Positions 1-8,545 of a DNA stretch of 25,104 bases are shown here, piece after piece (the first letter of the stretch is position 1; each line of letters begins with the position of its first letter). Below the pieces are notes generated by a model. The model had not been told where the DNA came from. It saw only the letters and a program-made list of their open reading frames with translations, and ran no database searches. A program made the position numbers and the translations under genes. Source of the stretch: a virus (Duplodnaviria; Caudoviricetes); IMG/VR virus record IMGVR_UViG_3300012952_000126, positions 1-25,104 of that record; one strand, given 5' to 3'.

Positions 1-771
1 ATCATCATAAACTTCTGTATAAGTAGCTGGGTCTAATATAGCAAATGCCTCTGCTACAATAAAGTCTCCTACGTTGTAAGTTTTATCCCAATCTGTATCT
101 ATGTAAAGTCTATCTGTTTTTCTATTCCAACGTATCTGTCTTTCTCCAGCCAGGAGTTTTTCTAATGTTGTTAAATGGGATTGAACGACAGTATAGTAAA
201 CCATATCTGCTCCCATTAAGTTATACAAGTCGTTCATTCTAAACTGATACATTAAATCAAATAGTTGTCCGTCTCTTGTATTGTTTGTTGCTGCACCTCC
301 AAAGTTAAATACTCTGGTTATACCTAATATATTATTGCTAACAGGAATGTAACCTTTCTCTATGTCGCCTTGTTCATAGTGATTTGTTGTGTGCAATGTT
401 CCTGTTGTTCCTGACTCAGAACCTGTAATAGTTTCTGATGCCTGAAAGGTTCCTGTCTTAACTTGTTCTATTGTAATAAACTGTCCTGATACAGAGTCTA
501 CAACGGCAGTAGCTCCTGATGTGCTACCCGTTATTGTTTCATTCTTTACAAAACTCTCTGCAATATTAGTTGTAAGTTTTAACTTAGAGCCAGTGACTTC
601 GTGTTTTACATAAGTTTTTTCTGTGCCATCAAAGTGATACTCATTCCAAAACTGTAAGGCATCGTCTACTCTATCAGAGACTTGTTGCTCGTCCACGTTA
701 ATTTCTATAACGGGAGCTCCTAATCTTCTTAAACAATATTCTTGTAAGTCTGTTCTACTGGCTAATGCCAT
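1..771 (-). CDS. gp13: T4-like neck protein gp13 (3' end runs off the window)
   Basis: Not in the ORF track. Manual translation from ATG at 771 gives MALASRTDLQEYCLRRLGAPVIEINVDEQQVSDRVDDALQFWNEYHFDG..., matching the gp13 signature LRRLGAP...EYHFDG. The frame is open to base 1 and has a GGAG RBS upstream. Confidence 0.93.
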   Translation of the reverse strand, partial: MALASRTDLQEYCLRRLGAPVIEINVDEQQVSDRVDDALQFWNEYHFDGTEKTYVKHEVTGSKLKLTTNIAESFVKNETITGSTSGATAVVDSVSGQFITIEQVKTGTFQASETITGSESGTTGTLHTTNHYEQGDIEKGYIPVSNNILGITRVFNFGGAATNNTRDGQLFDLMYQFRMNDLYNLMGADMVYYTVVQSHLTTLEKLLAGERQIRWNRKTDRLYIDTDWDKTYNVGDFIVAEAFAILDPATYTEVYDD

Positions 772-779
772 TATTACTC

Positions 780-2810
780 CTAGTTAAGTTTAGTTCCTGC
801 TGCATTATATATTGCGGTTCCTGTAATAGTTGCAGTTGAACCTTCACCTTGTGAATGAGAAACAGTAATACCATCTCCTCCACTAACCTGTGCCATATAG
901 TTTCCAGTTGTTTGTGTTCCTAATGCCACTGCATTATTAGCAATTTGATCTGAACCTACTGCGTCATCTGCTATCATTGATTGTTCTACTGCGTCTGCTG
1001 CAATAGTAAGAGCTGTTGCCACGTTAGCACTTCCGTCTACTGAACCTGACCCTGTTACATCTCCTGTAAATGATAATGTTCTAGCAGTTGTCCAAGAAGC
1101 TGCTGTTCCTGTTGTGTTTTGGTTAAGTGTTCCTACTACTAAATCTATTGTTCCGTCCGCGTCTTGATAAGTAGCTGTAATACCTGTTTCAGTATTACTA
1201 CTAAACATAGCACCTACTATGTCTTGAATTTCCTCATCTGTTTGATCTGCTGTAGCACTTGCCTCTATACCATTTAATTTTGAGAGTAATGCGTCTGTAA
1301 AGGCATTTGTGTCTGAATTGTTTTCATAAGCAGTTTTAATCTCAGTATCTGATTGGTCTGCTGTAGCACTTGCTTCTATTCCATCTAATTTGGAATGATC
1401 GGCATCTGTAAATACATTAGAATCACTAGCTGCTTCTACTGCTGTTCTTATTTCTGCATTTGTTTGGTCTGCTGTTGCTCCAGCCTCTATACCATCTAAT
1501 TTACTATGGTCTGCACTTTCAAATGCAAGTGATGCTGTTCCATTAATTGTTAAAGCATCTGTTTCTAATGTTCCATCTACATCTACGTTGCCTGAAATAT
1601 CTAATGAAGCAAATGTTCCTACTCCACCTGTTATATTTCCTATTGTATATGTTAGATCGCCTGTGCTAGCACCTGTAAATGAACCTGTTCCTACAACAAA
1701 AGCGTCTGCACTTTCGTCCCAACCTACAAATACATTGTCTGAACTTCCTCTTTCAAACACAAGACCCATATCATTTGCTGGTGTTCCTGTTGTTCCGTTT
1801 CCTAACTCAATCAATCTATCTACAATAGTAGAGTTTGTTGTATCTAAGGTTGTAGTTGTTCCGTTTACATCTAAGTTTCCTGTAATAGTAACATTACCTG
1901 TTGCAGCTACGTCAGCAAATGTAACATCACTTGTTGTTGCTACTGCTTGTCCAATACTAATTGCACCACCTGAGTATGAAACACCTGTGCCTGCGCTTAA
2001 ATGTGCTCTAACTTCTGCTGCACTTGGACCTGTATATGTAAATACACCTGCACTATAACTAAATGAACCGTCTCCACCAGCATCACTAGCACTAAAGAAT
2101 GCTTCTACTACTGATTCTAATGTTGAACCGCCTATTGTAAGAGCATCTGTTTCTAATGTTCCGTCGACATCTACGTTGCCTGAAATATCTAAACTAGATG
2201 CAGTTACATCTGCAAATGTTACATTACTAGATGTTGATACTGCCTGGCCAATACTAATTGCACCGCCTGAATATGTTACACCAGTCCCTGCTGATAAGTG
2301 AGCCCTTACTTCTGCTGCACTTGGGCCTGTGTATGTAATAACTCCTGTAGAGCTATTGTAAGCGAGAGAACCATCTCCGCCTGAATCTGTTACACTAACT
2401 GCTCCTCTTGCGTCTGAGTCTGCATATTGTGTTATAGAACTTGATAAAGTTGTTCCTGATATGGCAAGTCCTGAACCTATATCTAAGAATGCTGTTGCTC
2501 CAGCCGAGTCGTCCCAGAATACTATCTGGTCGTCATTTGGATCTGATAAACTTTCTAATCCTAAATGACTTAAAGCTAAAGTTGCACTGCCACTTGTTGC
2601 GCCACCTGATAATCCTGTTCCTGCTACGACTGCTGTAATATCTCCTGTTGTTATCTCAGAAAATTTAGCAAGTCTAATACCTCCAGCAGTGGAGCCATCA
2701 TGGACTCTTATCGTGTCTAGAGTGGTATCAACAGTAACCTCACCAGCTGCTCCTGTAAAGGAGTTATGCTGTGTAGTTGTGCCTCTTCTCCATTGAACCT
2801 GTGTTGGCAT
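780..2810 (-). CDS. Tail fibre protein with Mtd_N-like N-terminal domain and internal repeats
   Basis: 676 aa, G/T/S/A-rich. N-terminus VQWRRGTT...GEVTVDT...VHDGST resembles the Mtd N-terminal family. Contains fibre motifs GNLDVNGTTTT and KLDGIEA. GGAG RBS. Confidence 0.85.
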   Translation of the reverse strand: MPTQVQWRRGTTTQHNSFTGAAGEVTVDTTLDTIRVHDGSTAGGIRLAKFSEITTGDITAVVAGTGLSGGATSGSATLALSHLGLESLSDPNDDQIVFWDDSAGATAFLDIGSGLAISGTTLSSSITQYADSDARGAVSVTDSGGDGSLAYNSSTGVITYTGPSAAEVRAHLSAGTGVTYSGGAISIGQAVSTSSNVTFADVTASSLDISGNVDVDGTLETDALTIGGSTLESVVEAFFSASDAGGDGSFSYSAGVFTYTGPSAAEVRAHLSAGTGVSYSGGAISIGQAVATTSDVTFADVAATGNVTITGNLDVNGTTTTLDTTNSTIVDRLIELGNGTTGTPANDMGLVFERGSSDNVFVGWDESADAFVVGTGSFTGASTGDLTYTIGNITGGVGTFASLDISGNVDVDGTLETDALTINGTASLAFESADHSKLDGIEAGATADQTNAEIRTAVEAASDSNVFTDADHSKLDGIEASATADQSDTEIKTAYENNSDTNAFTDALLSKLNGIEASATADQTDEEIQDIVGAMFSSNTETGITATYQDADGTIDLVVGTLNQNTTGTAASWTTARTLSFTGDVTGSGSVDGSANVATALTIAADAVEQSMIADDAVGSDQIANNAVALGTQTTGNYMAQVSGGDGITVSHSQGEGSTATITGTAIYNAAGTKLN
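1221..2387 (-). repeat. Coding repeats in the 676-aa fibre
   Basis: Two copies of GGDGS..YTGPSAAEVRAHLSAGTGV.YSGGAISIGQAV...VTFADV, two of SLDISGNVDVDGTLETDALTI, and three of a 37-aa-period F..A..SKL.GIEA.ATADQ unit. Confidence 0.9.
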
Positions 2811-2835
2811 TATTGTCTCCTAATTAAATTTATCA

Positions 2836-3177
2836 TTAACTTAGCGCTCCGTGGTCTTCTGTTGCAAGTCTGAACTTAATAGATGGCGTCGTTGATGTAT
2901 GATCGCCTAAACAATCATAAGTTACGAATAGTTGTTGGCCAAATGCGTCTTGTGTATTATCTGCCACAGACCCAAAGTCAGCATTGGAGGTTGCAGGGTA
3001 AACTAAACTCTGATCAAACTCTCCAAACTGTGCAAGTGTTACGATTTGATTACTAGAATTTCTAATATAAATCTTTTTATCTGCAGTATTAACTGCAATT
3101 TCACCTGCTACTAGATCTGAGGTTGTAGGAGCACTCCCACTTGTCTCAGATCTTTTTGGCTTAATAACTGTTGCCAT
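2836..3177 (-). CDS. Short tail-fibre adaptor/connector protein
   Basis: 113 aa. N-terminal IKPKRSETSGSAPTTSDLVAGEIAVNTADKKIY is the same motif type as the 475-aa fibre N-terminus (IQIKRS...DLVEGELA). Confidence 0.75.
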   Translation of the reverse strand: MATVIKPKRSETSGSAPTTSDLVAGEIAVNTADKKIYIRNSSNQIVTLAQFGEFDQSLVYPATSNADFGSVADNTQDAFGQQLFVTYDCLGDHTSTTPSIKFRLATEDHGALS

Positions 3178-3180
3178 CTA

Positions 3181-3342
3181 TTATCCTTCTTTCTTAGGCT
3201 CTTCTTTCTTAGGTTTCTCTTCTTGAACCTCTGGTTGTTCCAGAATGCCTATTCTTGTTTTTAACAGAATGTTCTCCATTTGTAGTTCTTGAACTTTCTG
3301 TGCCAAGTTGTTTATATAACCATTAATTAATTTCTCATCCAT
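3181..3342 (-). CDS. Small coiled-coil hypothetical protein (53 aa), possibly a fibre chaperone
   Basis: Not in the ORF track. Manual translation: MDEKLINGYINNLAQKVQELQMENILLKTRIGILEQPEVQEEKPKKEEPKKEG*. It has an AAGGA RBS and fills the gap between two fibre genes. Confidence 0.8.
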   Translation of the reverse strand: MDEKLINGYINNLAQKVQELQMENILLKTRIGILEQPEVQEEKPKKEEPKKEG

Positions 3343-3361
3343 TTCAATATCCTTTGTTAAT

Positions 3362-3369
3362 TATTTATT
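3362..3369 (-). promoter_or_regulatory. Possible late promoter (AATAAATA variant)
   Basis: One mismatch to TATAAATA, about 20 nt upstream of the 53-aa ORF, in sense orientation. Confidence 0.4.
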
Positions 3370-4795
3370 AGTATGTTCCTCCGTCGATGGAACCAAATTC
3401 AGGAGTTCCGCCTGAGCCTGCTTGTAGGATTTGTCCTTCTGTGCCTGCTGCTGTAACTTGTAAAGCTCCTGTGCCGTTACCATAGATAATACCTTTACTT
3501 GTAAATGAACCAGCGCCTGTTCCACCATCTGCAACTACTAAATCTGTAATGCCTGTTATTGAACCGCCTGTAATAGTAGCACTAGATGATTCTATGTTTG
3601 CTACTAATGTGCCTACTGCATAACCTGTTCCACCTGTATTAACAGTTGTGGTTGGAGCTGCTTGTAAGTCTTTAAATAATTTCCATTTACCTGAGTCTGA
3701 GGCATCTCTAAAGAAACCTGAGTATAAGTCTGTAGAACCTGAAGTATCATATAAACCATAAAGACCAATATCAACAGCGTCTGCTGAATTATTGCCTGAT
3801 GCTAATATAATAAGTGGGTCTGCAACACTTAAAGTCGTTGAGTTTACAGTAGTGGTTGTTCCACTAACTGTTAGATTACCTGCAATAGTTACGTTACTAG
3901 GTAACCCTATGTTTATTTTGTTGTCTGAAACAGTTGTTTCAATTTCGTTGGCTGTTCCTTCGAAAGTTAAAGTGTCTGTTCCTATTGTAACAGTATCATT
4001 AGAACCACTATCTGCTGCAATGGTTAATGCTGAACTGATACTTGCTGTTGAAGCTGCTGTAATACGTCCTGTTGCGTCTACTGTTAATACTGGTATAGCA
4101 GTAGAGCCACCGTATGACCCTGCTGTAACTGCTGTATTATCTAAGTCAATGGATAGTCCATTGCCTGATGCAGTTGTTGTAATACCTGTATCACCTGTAA
4201 TGGCAAAAGTTTCTGCTTGTTCAATAACTCCTGTGCCTGAATCACCACTAAAGTCTAAATCGAATGAAGCTGCTGCTGTAGCATCTACATAGGCTTTGAC
4301 TGATTGTTGTGATGGGACTTTAGTAGCACTATTACTTGCCATATTATCTTCATCTACAAATACACCCGAAGATGAGAATGTAGTTTCGTCTAATAATTTG
4401 TGCCAAGCACTAGCATGACTACCATAAAACCTTCCAGTTCCATGAACGTGTGCAAACATACCGTGGTATGTAGAGGCACTAGGTAAGTCTCCTTCTGCTG
4501 AATACATATTGCTGAAATTAACTTTCCCTACAATTATGTCTCCATTAGAATCTCTTTTTACGAGCTTGCTAGCAGTGTTTGCGTTGGTTGCTCCATCAAT
4601 AATGTCTGTATAATACTTACCACCTATCTTTTGTATAACTTCTGAAGACCCTGAGTCTATAGAAGAGATATAAAGTATGGCGGAAGCACCGTCACCGGAT
4701 CTATCCTCAGCATACGCTAATTCGCCTTCAACCAAATCAGAAGCGCCTGGAGCTGCTGAGCCCGTGCTTCTTTTAATCTGAATAGTTGTTGACAT
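3368..4795 (-). CDS. Tail fibre protein
   Basis: 475 aa. N-terminal IQIKRS..GELAY, fibre motifs SQQSVKAYVD, AGSYG...VDATGRIT, GNLTVSGTTTTVNSTT and DGGTGA, and C-terminal IDGGTY. AGGAG RBS. Confidence 0.85.
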   Translation of the reverse strand: MSTTIQIKRSTGSAAPGASDLVEGELAYAEDRSGDGASAILYISSIDSGSSEVIQKIGGKYYTDIIDGATNANTASKLVKRDSNGDIIVGKVNFSNMYSAEGDLPSASTYHGMFAHVHGTGRFYGSHASAWHKLLDETTFSSSGVFVDEDNMASNSATKVPSQQSVKAYVDATAAASFDLDFSGDSGTGVIEQAETFAITGDTGITTTASGNGLSIDLDNTAVTAGSYGGSTAIPVLTVDATGRITAASTASISSALTIAADSGSNDTVTIGTDTLTFEGTANEIETTVSDNKINIGLPSNVTIAGNLTVSGTTTTVNSTTLSVADPLIILASGNNSADAVDIGLYGLYDTSGSTDLYSGFFRDASDSGKWKLFKDLQAAPTTTVNTGGTGYAVGTLVANIESSSATITGGSITGITDLVVADGGTGAGSFTSKGIIYGNGTGALQVTAAGTEGQILQAGSGGTPEFGSIDGGTY

Positions 4796-4827
4796 TATTT
4801 TCTCCTATTTTTAATGTTTTACTTCTG

Positions 4828-5055
4828 TTAAAAAGTTCCACCATCTATTGCGCTAACGTTCTGAGCTACTTCTGAGGCTGGTTTAGCCTGAAAGTTGCCT
4901 GACGTAGCATCATAAACTAAAGTATATCCGTTTTGAACACTCGTCAGATCTATGCCTGAAAGATTATCTAAACTTGTGGCAGTTGTTATTTGAGAGGCAC
5001 TCGCAGCGCTTGTAACTACTCTTGAACTGCCTAATTTTACTGTAACCTTTGCCAA
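4828..5055 (-). CDS. Small fibre-associated structural protein
   Basis: 75 aa, TTG start with a strong AGGAG RBS. Contains an L..L..ID....NGYTLVYD motif and C-terminal IDGGTF. Confidence 0.75.
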   Translation of the reverse strand: MAKVTVKLGSSRVVTSAASASQITTATSLDNLSGIDLTSVQNGYTLVYDATSGNFQAKPASEVAQNVSAIDGGTF

Positions 5056-5068
5056 AATACTCTCCTGT

Positions 5069-5076
5069 TATTTATA
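5069..5076 (-). promoter_or_regulatory. T4-type late promoter TATAAATA
   Basis: Exact consensus in the short intergenic gap just upstream of the RBS of the 75-aa gene. Confidence 0.75.
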
Positions 5077-5409
5077 TTACTTTGTAACTTCTGGTGTAAC
5101 AGTAACAATTCCTTCTATAACTCTTATGGTTTCTGCCGGTGATGTTGCTGTTATCTCACAATCATATACATATCTACCATTCTTAATAGCAGATGTTTGT
5201 GCTGCTGTGAGGGATAATGTTATTACTCCTGTTGCATCTACCTTCGAAGTTGTAAAGGAAGTTGCCGTTGCAGCCTCATATGACTTTCTCATTTGAGAGG
5301 CGACTGTATAATTAGCAAGATTCTTAGCGGTTCCGTCGTCATTAGTAACTGTAAGCTCTAATGAAAATGTGGTTCCTTGATCTATTACTATGTTATGAAC
5401 AGTTGCCAT
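5077..5409 (-). CDS. Virion structural protein (beta-sandwich, probable baseplate/fibre attachment)
   Basis: 110 aa with NIVIDQGTTF...QMRKSY...GRYVYD...RVIEGIVTVTPEVT, a pattern I recognise from T4-like phage structural regions. Confidence 0.7.
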   Translation of the reverse strand: MATVHNIVIDQGTTFSLELTVTNDDGTAKNLANYTVASQMRKSYEAATATSFTTSKVDATGVITLSLTAAQTSAIKNGRYVYDCEITATSPAETIRVIEGIVTVTPEVTK

Positions 5410-5443
5410 ATGGTGTTTTACTCTTAAAATATTCTATATAGTC

Positions 5444-5457
5444 TTATTTATAAATAA
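5444..5457. promoter_or_regulatory. Palindromic bidirectional T4-type late promoter
   Basis: TTATTTATAAATAA is a perfect 14-bp palindrome. It contains TATAAATA on + (5449-5456) and on - (5445-5452), in the 60-nt gap between divergent genes. Confidence 0.8.
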
Positions 5458-5469
5458 AAAGAGTTTAAA

Positions 5470-6132
5470 ATGAAAACAATCTTGACATTAAAGTATGGTG
5501 ATAAATATGACGCAAGTGATGTGAATTCCATCTACGAACATACAGAAGGCAAGTTTAACTATGTTTGTGTAACAGATGACCCTAAAGATCTACATCCTGA
5601 TATAGGCATATTGTATCTAGAACATGAACCAGCAGGCAACATGGAGAAGTTGAAACTGTTTCAGTTAAAGGATATGGGTATAATATTATACCTAGATTTA
5701 GATATAAGACTACAAAAACCTATAGATCATTTGTTTGATTACTATCAAGGTATGCCAATGATATGTTATACTTGGTGGAAAGACAAAGGAGACAAAGAAA
5801 TGCCTATAGAAGAGTTTCCTTATCATAGTGATCACCCTTTATCCAATTTTAATTCTAGTGTAATGATGTGGGAAGATGCTACTCATATATGGAAACACTA
5901 TAATATGAACTCTCATAAATATAATTTACAGTATCCTTATGGAGATGATACATTTTTATTCCATGAAGGATTTACATTTACACATTTTCCTAAACAAGAG
6001 ATATACTCTTATATGTTTGCAGGAAGAAAAGTTAGAAAAGAATACACAATAGCATTATTGAATGGACAAGAACAATACCCGGAGATAGCAAAAGAATATG
6101 ATGAACTTTGTATGCATCAAGTGGGGCACTAA
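5470..6132 (+). CDS. GT-A fold glycosyltransferase (paralog 1)
   Basis: 220 aa. LKYGDKY N-terminus, VCVTDD, YLDLDI (DxD), FNSSVMMW, GDD, YSY. Confidence 0.8.
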   Translation: MKTILTLKYGDKYDASDVNSIYEHTEGKFNYVCVTDDPKDLHPDIGILYLEHEPAGNMEKLKLFQLKDMGIILYLDLDIRLQKPIDHLFDYYQGMPMICYTWWKDKGDKEMPIEEFPYHSDHPLSNFNSSVMMWEDATHIWKHYNMNSHKYNLQYPYGDDTFLFHEGFTFTHFPKQEIYSYMFAGRKVRKEYTIALLNGQEQYPEIAKEYDELCMHQVGH

Positions 6133-6874
6133 ATATGAACCACATTATGTAAACAATCTATATCGTATGGTGCAGAAAAACTATACGAAAGACTTTACGT
6201 TTACCTGTTTTACAGATGAACCTGAAGGATTGTTATGTGATACAAAACCTATACCTGATATAGAACCTTTACATCCTAAACATTGGTTTGGTAAAGAAAA
6301 TTATTGTTGGGATAGAGCAAAGTTTTTAGTATTCAATTCTCATAATTGGTTAGGTTATATAGGCAAATGGTGTTACTTTGATTTAGATGTCATTATACAT
6401 GGTAATATAGATGATCTAGATGAGTTAGCATTAAGACCTAGAATGATATATTCTAAATGGGATAATCCACAACATGTTCACGAAAGATTGTTTATAGACA
6501 TTAGAGGAACACAATATAATTCTAGTATGATGTGTTGGGATAGAGATACAGCAGAACATATATTCTGGGAATCAATGGAAGAAGACCAACAAATATTTAG
6601 AACATTTTACAAAGGGACAGATAACTATCACTTTTGGAGACAAAGAGACTTTTGGAAGAACATTCCATATGATTGGGTGTATAGTTATAACCGAGGAAAA
6701 GAATATCCTGACGATTTAGAGACACATAAATATAGAGAAGAATGTAAAATTTGTTTGTTCAATGTAGATAATACTCCGAACAATAAAGGACAAATTAAAA
6801 TTGATGAATTACAAGATGAGAAATTATTGAGACTTTGGCATGATAATCCTAGTAGCAAATCTGTTAGAAAATAA
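6098..6874 (+). CDS. GT-A fold glycosyltransferase (paralog 2)
   Basis: 258 aa. VCIKWGTKY...YVNNL, FTCFTD, YFDLDVII (DxD), YNSSMMCW, GTDNY, YSYNRG. Confidence 0.85.
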   Translation: MMNFVCIKWGTKYEPHYVNNLYRMVQKNYTKDFTFTCFTDEPEGLLCDTKPIPDIEPLHPKHWFGKENYCWDRAKFLVFNSHNWLGYIGKWCYFDLDVIIHGNIDDLDELALRPRMIYSKWDNPQHVHERLFIDIRGTQYNSSMMCWDRDTAEHIFWESMEEDQQIFRTFYKGTDNYHFWRQRDFWKNIPYDWVYSYNRGKEYPDDLETHKYREECKICLFNVDNTPNNKGQIKIDELQDEKLLRLWHDNPSSKSVRK

Positions 6875-8336
6875 CTACACGCAGACACAAGTCAATGCGT
6901 TGTATACCCAAGCTAAAAAGCAAATAGAAGACCCGTTTGAATTCTGGGTGTTTACCTCAGAAGAAGAGTGTATGAATGAACAAAAGAACAATGGTTATCT
7001 AGACGATATATTGTTCCACGTTCCGAAGTATGGGGAAGATTGGATTGAAATAGATCTAATGGAGAAAACCAAGAAGGGCGACTCTCTGTTACTAATTACT
7101 CCTAACACTATACTTAATAACATATGCGTCATAGAGACTTATAAGAGCAACGGCAAGGTTAGACTGTCAGACGGTAATCTATGTTATAATATTTTCCATA
7201 ATAATAAAGTAGAACAATTATTAAAAGAATGGGAAGAAAGAGAAGACGAATTATTATATGAATATGATGCTTTCCATAATTGGAATATGTTTCCATTTAC
7301 AGAACTACCTTACCTACAAGACACTACATCTGAATATCCTGAAAAATTAGAAGGTGATATTATTGCATTACCAGATTGGTATGATGACTTTACAGAAGAA
7401 CAAATAGAATTAATGTATAACAAGGAAACAGATTTATATCCTTACTTACCTGAAAGAGTAGAAATATGTTTAACAAGAGAAGAAACAGATTTTCAGGAAG
7501 AAGAGTTTCTAGAAAAAGAATTAATAAAAGATACATTCAATGCTGAATATCTACTTAAAGCAAAAATGAAAAGAATAAAATTTGTTAATGATATAGGAGA
7601 CCCTATATTAAATCCAGAACTAATAGATATATCTCATTACTTTATGTCTGATTGGGGCATAGGTGTAGACATGATAACTGAAGGTAATAAACATGATGTA
7701 TTATGGTGGAAAAATTTAGGTGTTATGTTTGCAGATTCAGGCAACATAACCTTTAATATAAACACAGGTAATCCAGATAAAAGAATATTAGAACATGCTA
7801 CGGCTCTAGTTGAAGTAGGTTGTAGAGTGTTCTGGAGTTATACACATACTAATCAATTAGACAACGATATACAACAAGCAAAGAAACTATGTAAACAATA
7901 CAAATTCTCAGGTTTTGTTTACGATAATAAAGTCCCAGAAGAGAAAAAACCTAAAAAGAAAAAGGTGAAACAAGAACTTCCAGACTATAAACTAATCGAA
8001 TTGGAGACTCTAGAAACGAGGAAACAAGACGACATATATAAAGAGAGAAAAATAAAGTTTTACCCTCACGTTAAATGCGAAGGTAAAGTAAACAATCAGT
8101 TTTATTTAGATGCAACAGGCCATGTGTTTCCTAGTAAACATATAGCAGCAACAGTTTTAGCAGCTTTTAATAGTCCCGAACATGTTACAAAAATTTTATA
8201 TGATTGGGAGAAAAACAATATAAATAATTTTTCGCTAGAGGATATTTTTAGCAATGATTTTTATAAGGGCTACTTTAATAACCTGTTAAAGTTGAATCCA
8301 GAAATAATACATAATGAATTAGGTGGAATATGTTAA
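6840..8336 (+). CDS. Fusion of degenerate glycosyltransferase-like and degenerate radical SAM/SPASM-like domains
   Basis: 498 aa. The N-terminus aligns by eye with the neighbouring GTs (Y...QVNALY...FEFWVFT) but has TPN in place of DLD. From about 7449 it shows radical-SAM-like features (GDPILNP, MITEG, WWKNLG, FYLDATGHVFP) with no CxxxCxxC motif. Confidence 0.6.
   Translation: MIILVANLLENNYTQTQVNALYTQAKKQIEDPFEFWVFTSEEECMNEQKNNGYLDDILFHVPKYGEDWIEIDLMEKTKKGDSLLLITPNTILNNICVIETYKSNGKVRLSDGNLCYNIFHNNKVEQLLKEWEEREDELLYEYDAFHNWNMFPFTELPYLQDTTSEYPEKLEGDIIALPDWYDDFTEEQIELMYNKETDLYPYLPERVEICLTREETDFQEEEFLEKELIKDTFNAEYLLKAKMKRIKFVNDIGDPILNPELIDISHYFMSDWGIGVDMITEGNKHDVLWWKNLGVMFADSGNITFNINTGNPDKRILEHATALVEVGCRVFWSYTHTNQLDNDIQQAKKLCKQYKFSGFVYDNKVPEEKKPKKKKVKQELPDYKLIELETLETRKQDDIYKERKIKFYPHVKCEGKVNNQFYLDATGHVFPSKHIAATVLAAFNSPEHVTKILYDWEKNNINNFSLEDIFSNDFYKGYFNNLLKLNPEIIHNELGGIC
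8219..8226 (+). promoter_or_regulatory. Possible internal late promoter TATAAATA
   Basis: Exact consensus, sense orientation, about 100 nt upstream of the 8330 ORF. It lies inside an AT-rich CDS, so it could be chance. Confidence 0.4.
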
Positions 8337-8545
8337 AAATAAACACAGGGATCATCATAAAAGGCAAGTTTGAGAAACATGATTCCTATATACAACAAAT
8401 AAAAGAATCCGGCTTTACAACACTAATCGTTGAGGCACCTGTAGGTTCCGAATACGATACCAAGTGTATGGAGTTGGTATCCGAATTAGCGTCAGAAGGA
8501 TTTGCATACGGCGAGAAATATGTTATTGCCAGAGGTCCTAAATGA
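8330..8545 (+). CDS. Hypothetical protein (71 aa)
   Basis: Overlaps both neighbours in operon fashion (ATGA overlap at the 3' end). GGTGG RBS-like sequence upstream. Confidence 0.75.
   Translation: MLKINTGIIIKGKFEKHDSYIQQIKESGFTTLIVEAPVGSEYDTKCMELVSELASEGFAYGEKYVIARGPK

Noticed and set aside
1588-4292. Plus-strand ORFs 1588-2058, 2441-2638 and 3792-4292
   Set aside because: Antisense shadows of G/T/S/A-rich fibre genes; V/P-rich, with no recognisable motifs.
5500-6732. Relaxed NATAAATA matches inside GT genes (about 5500, 5914, 6725)
   Set aside because: Expected by chance in AT-rich coding sequence.
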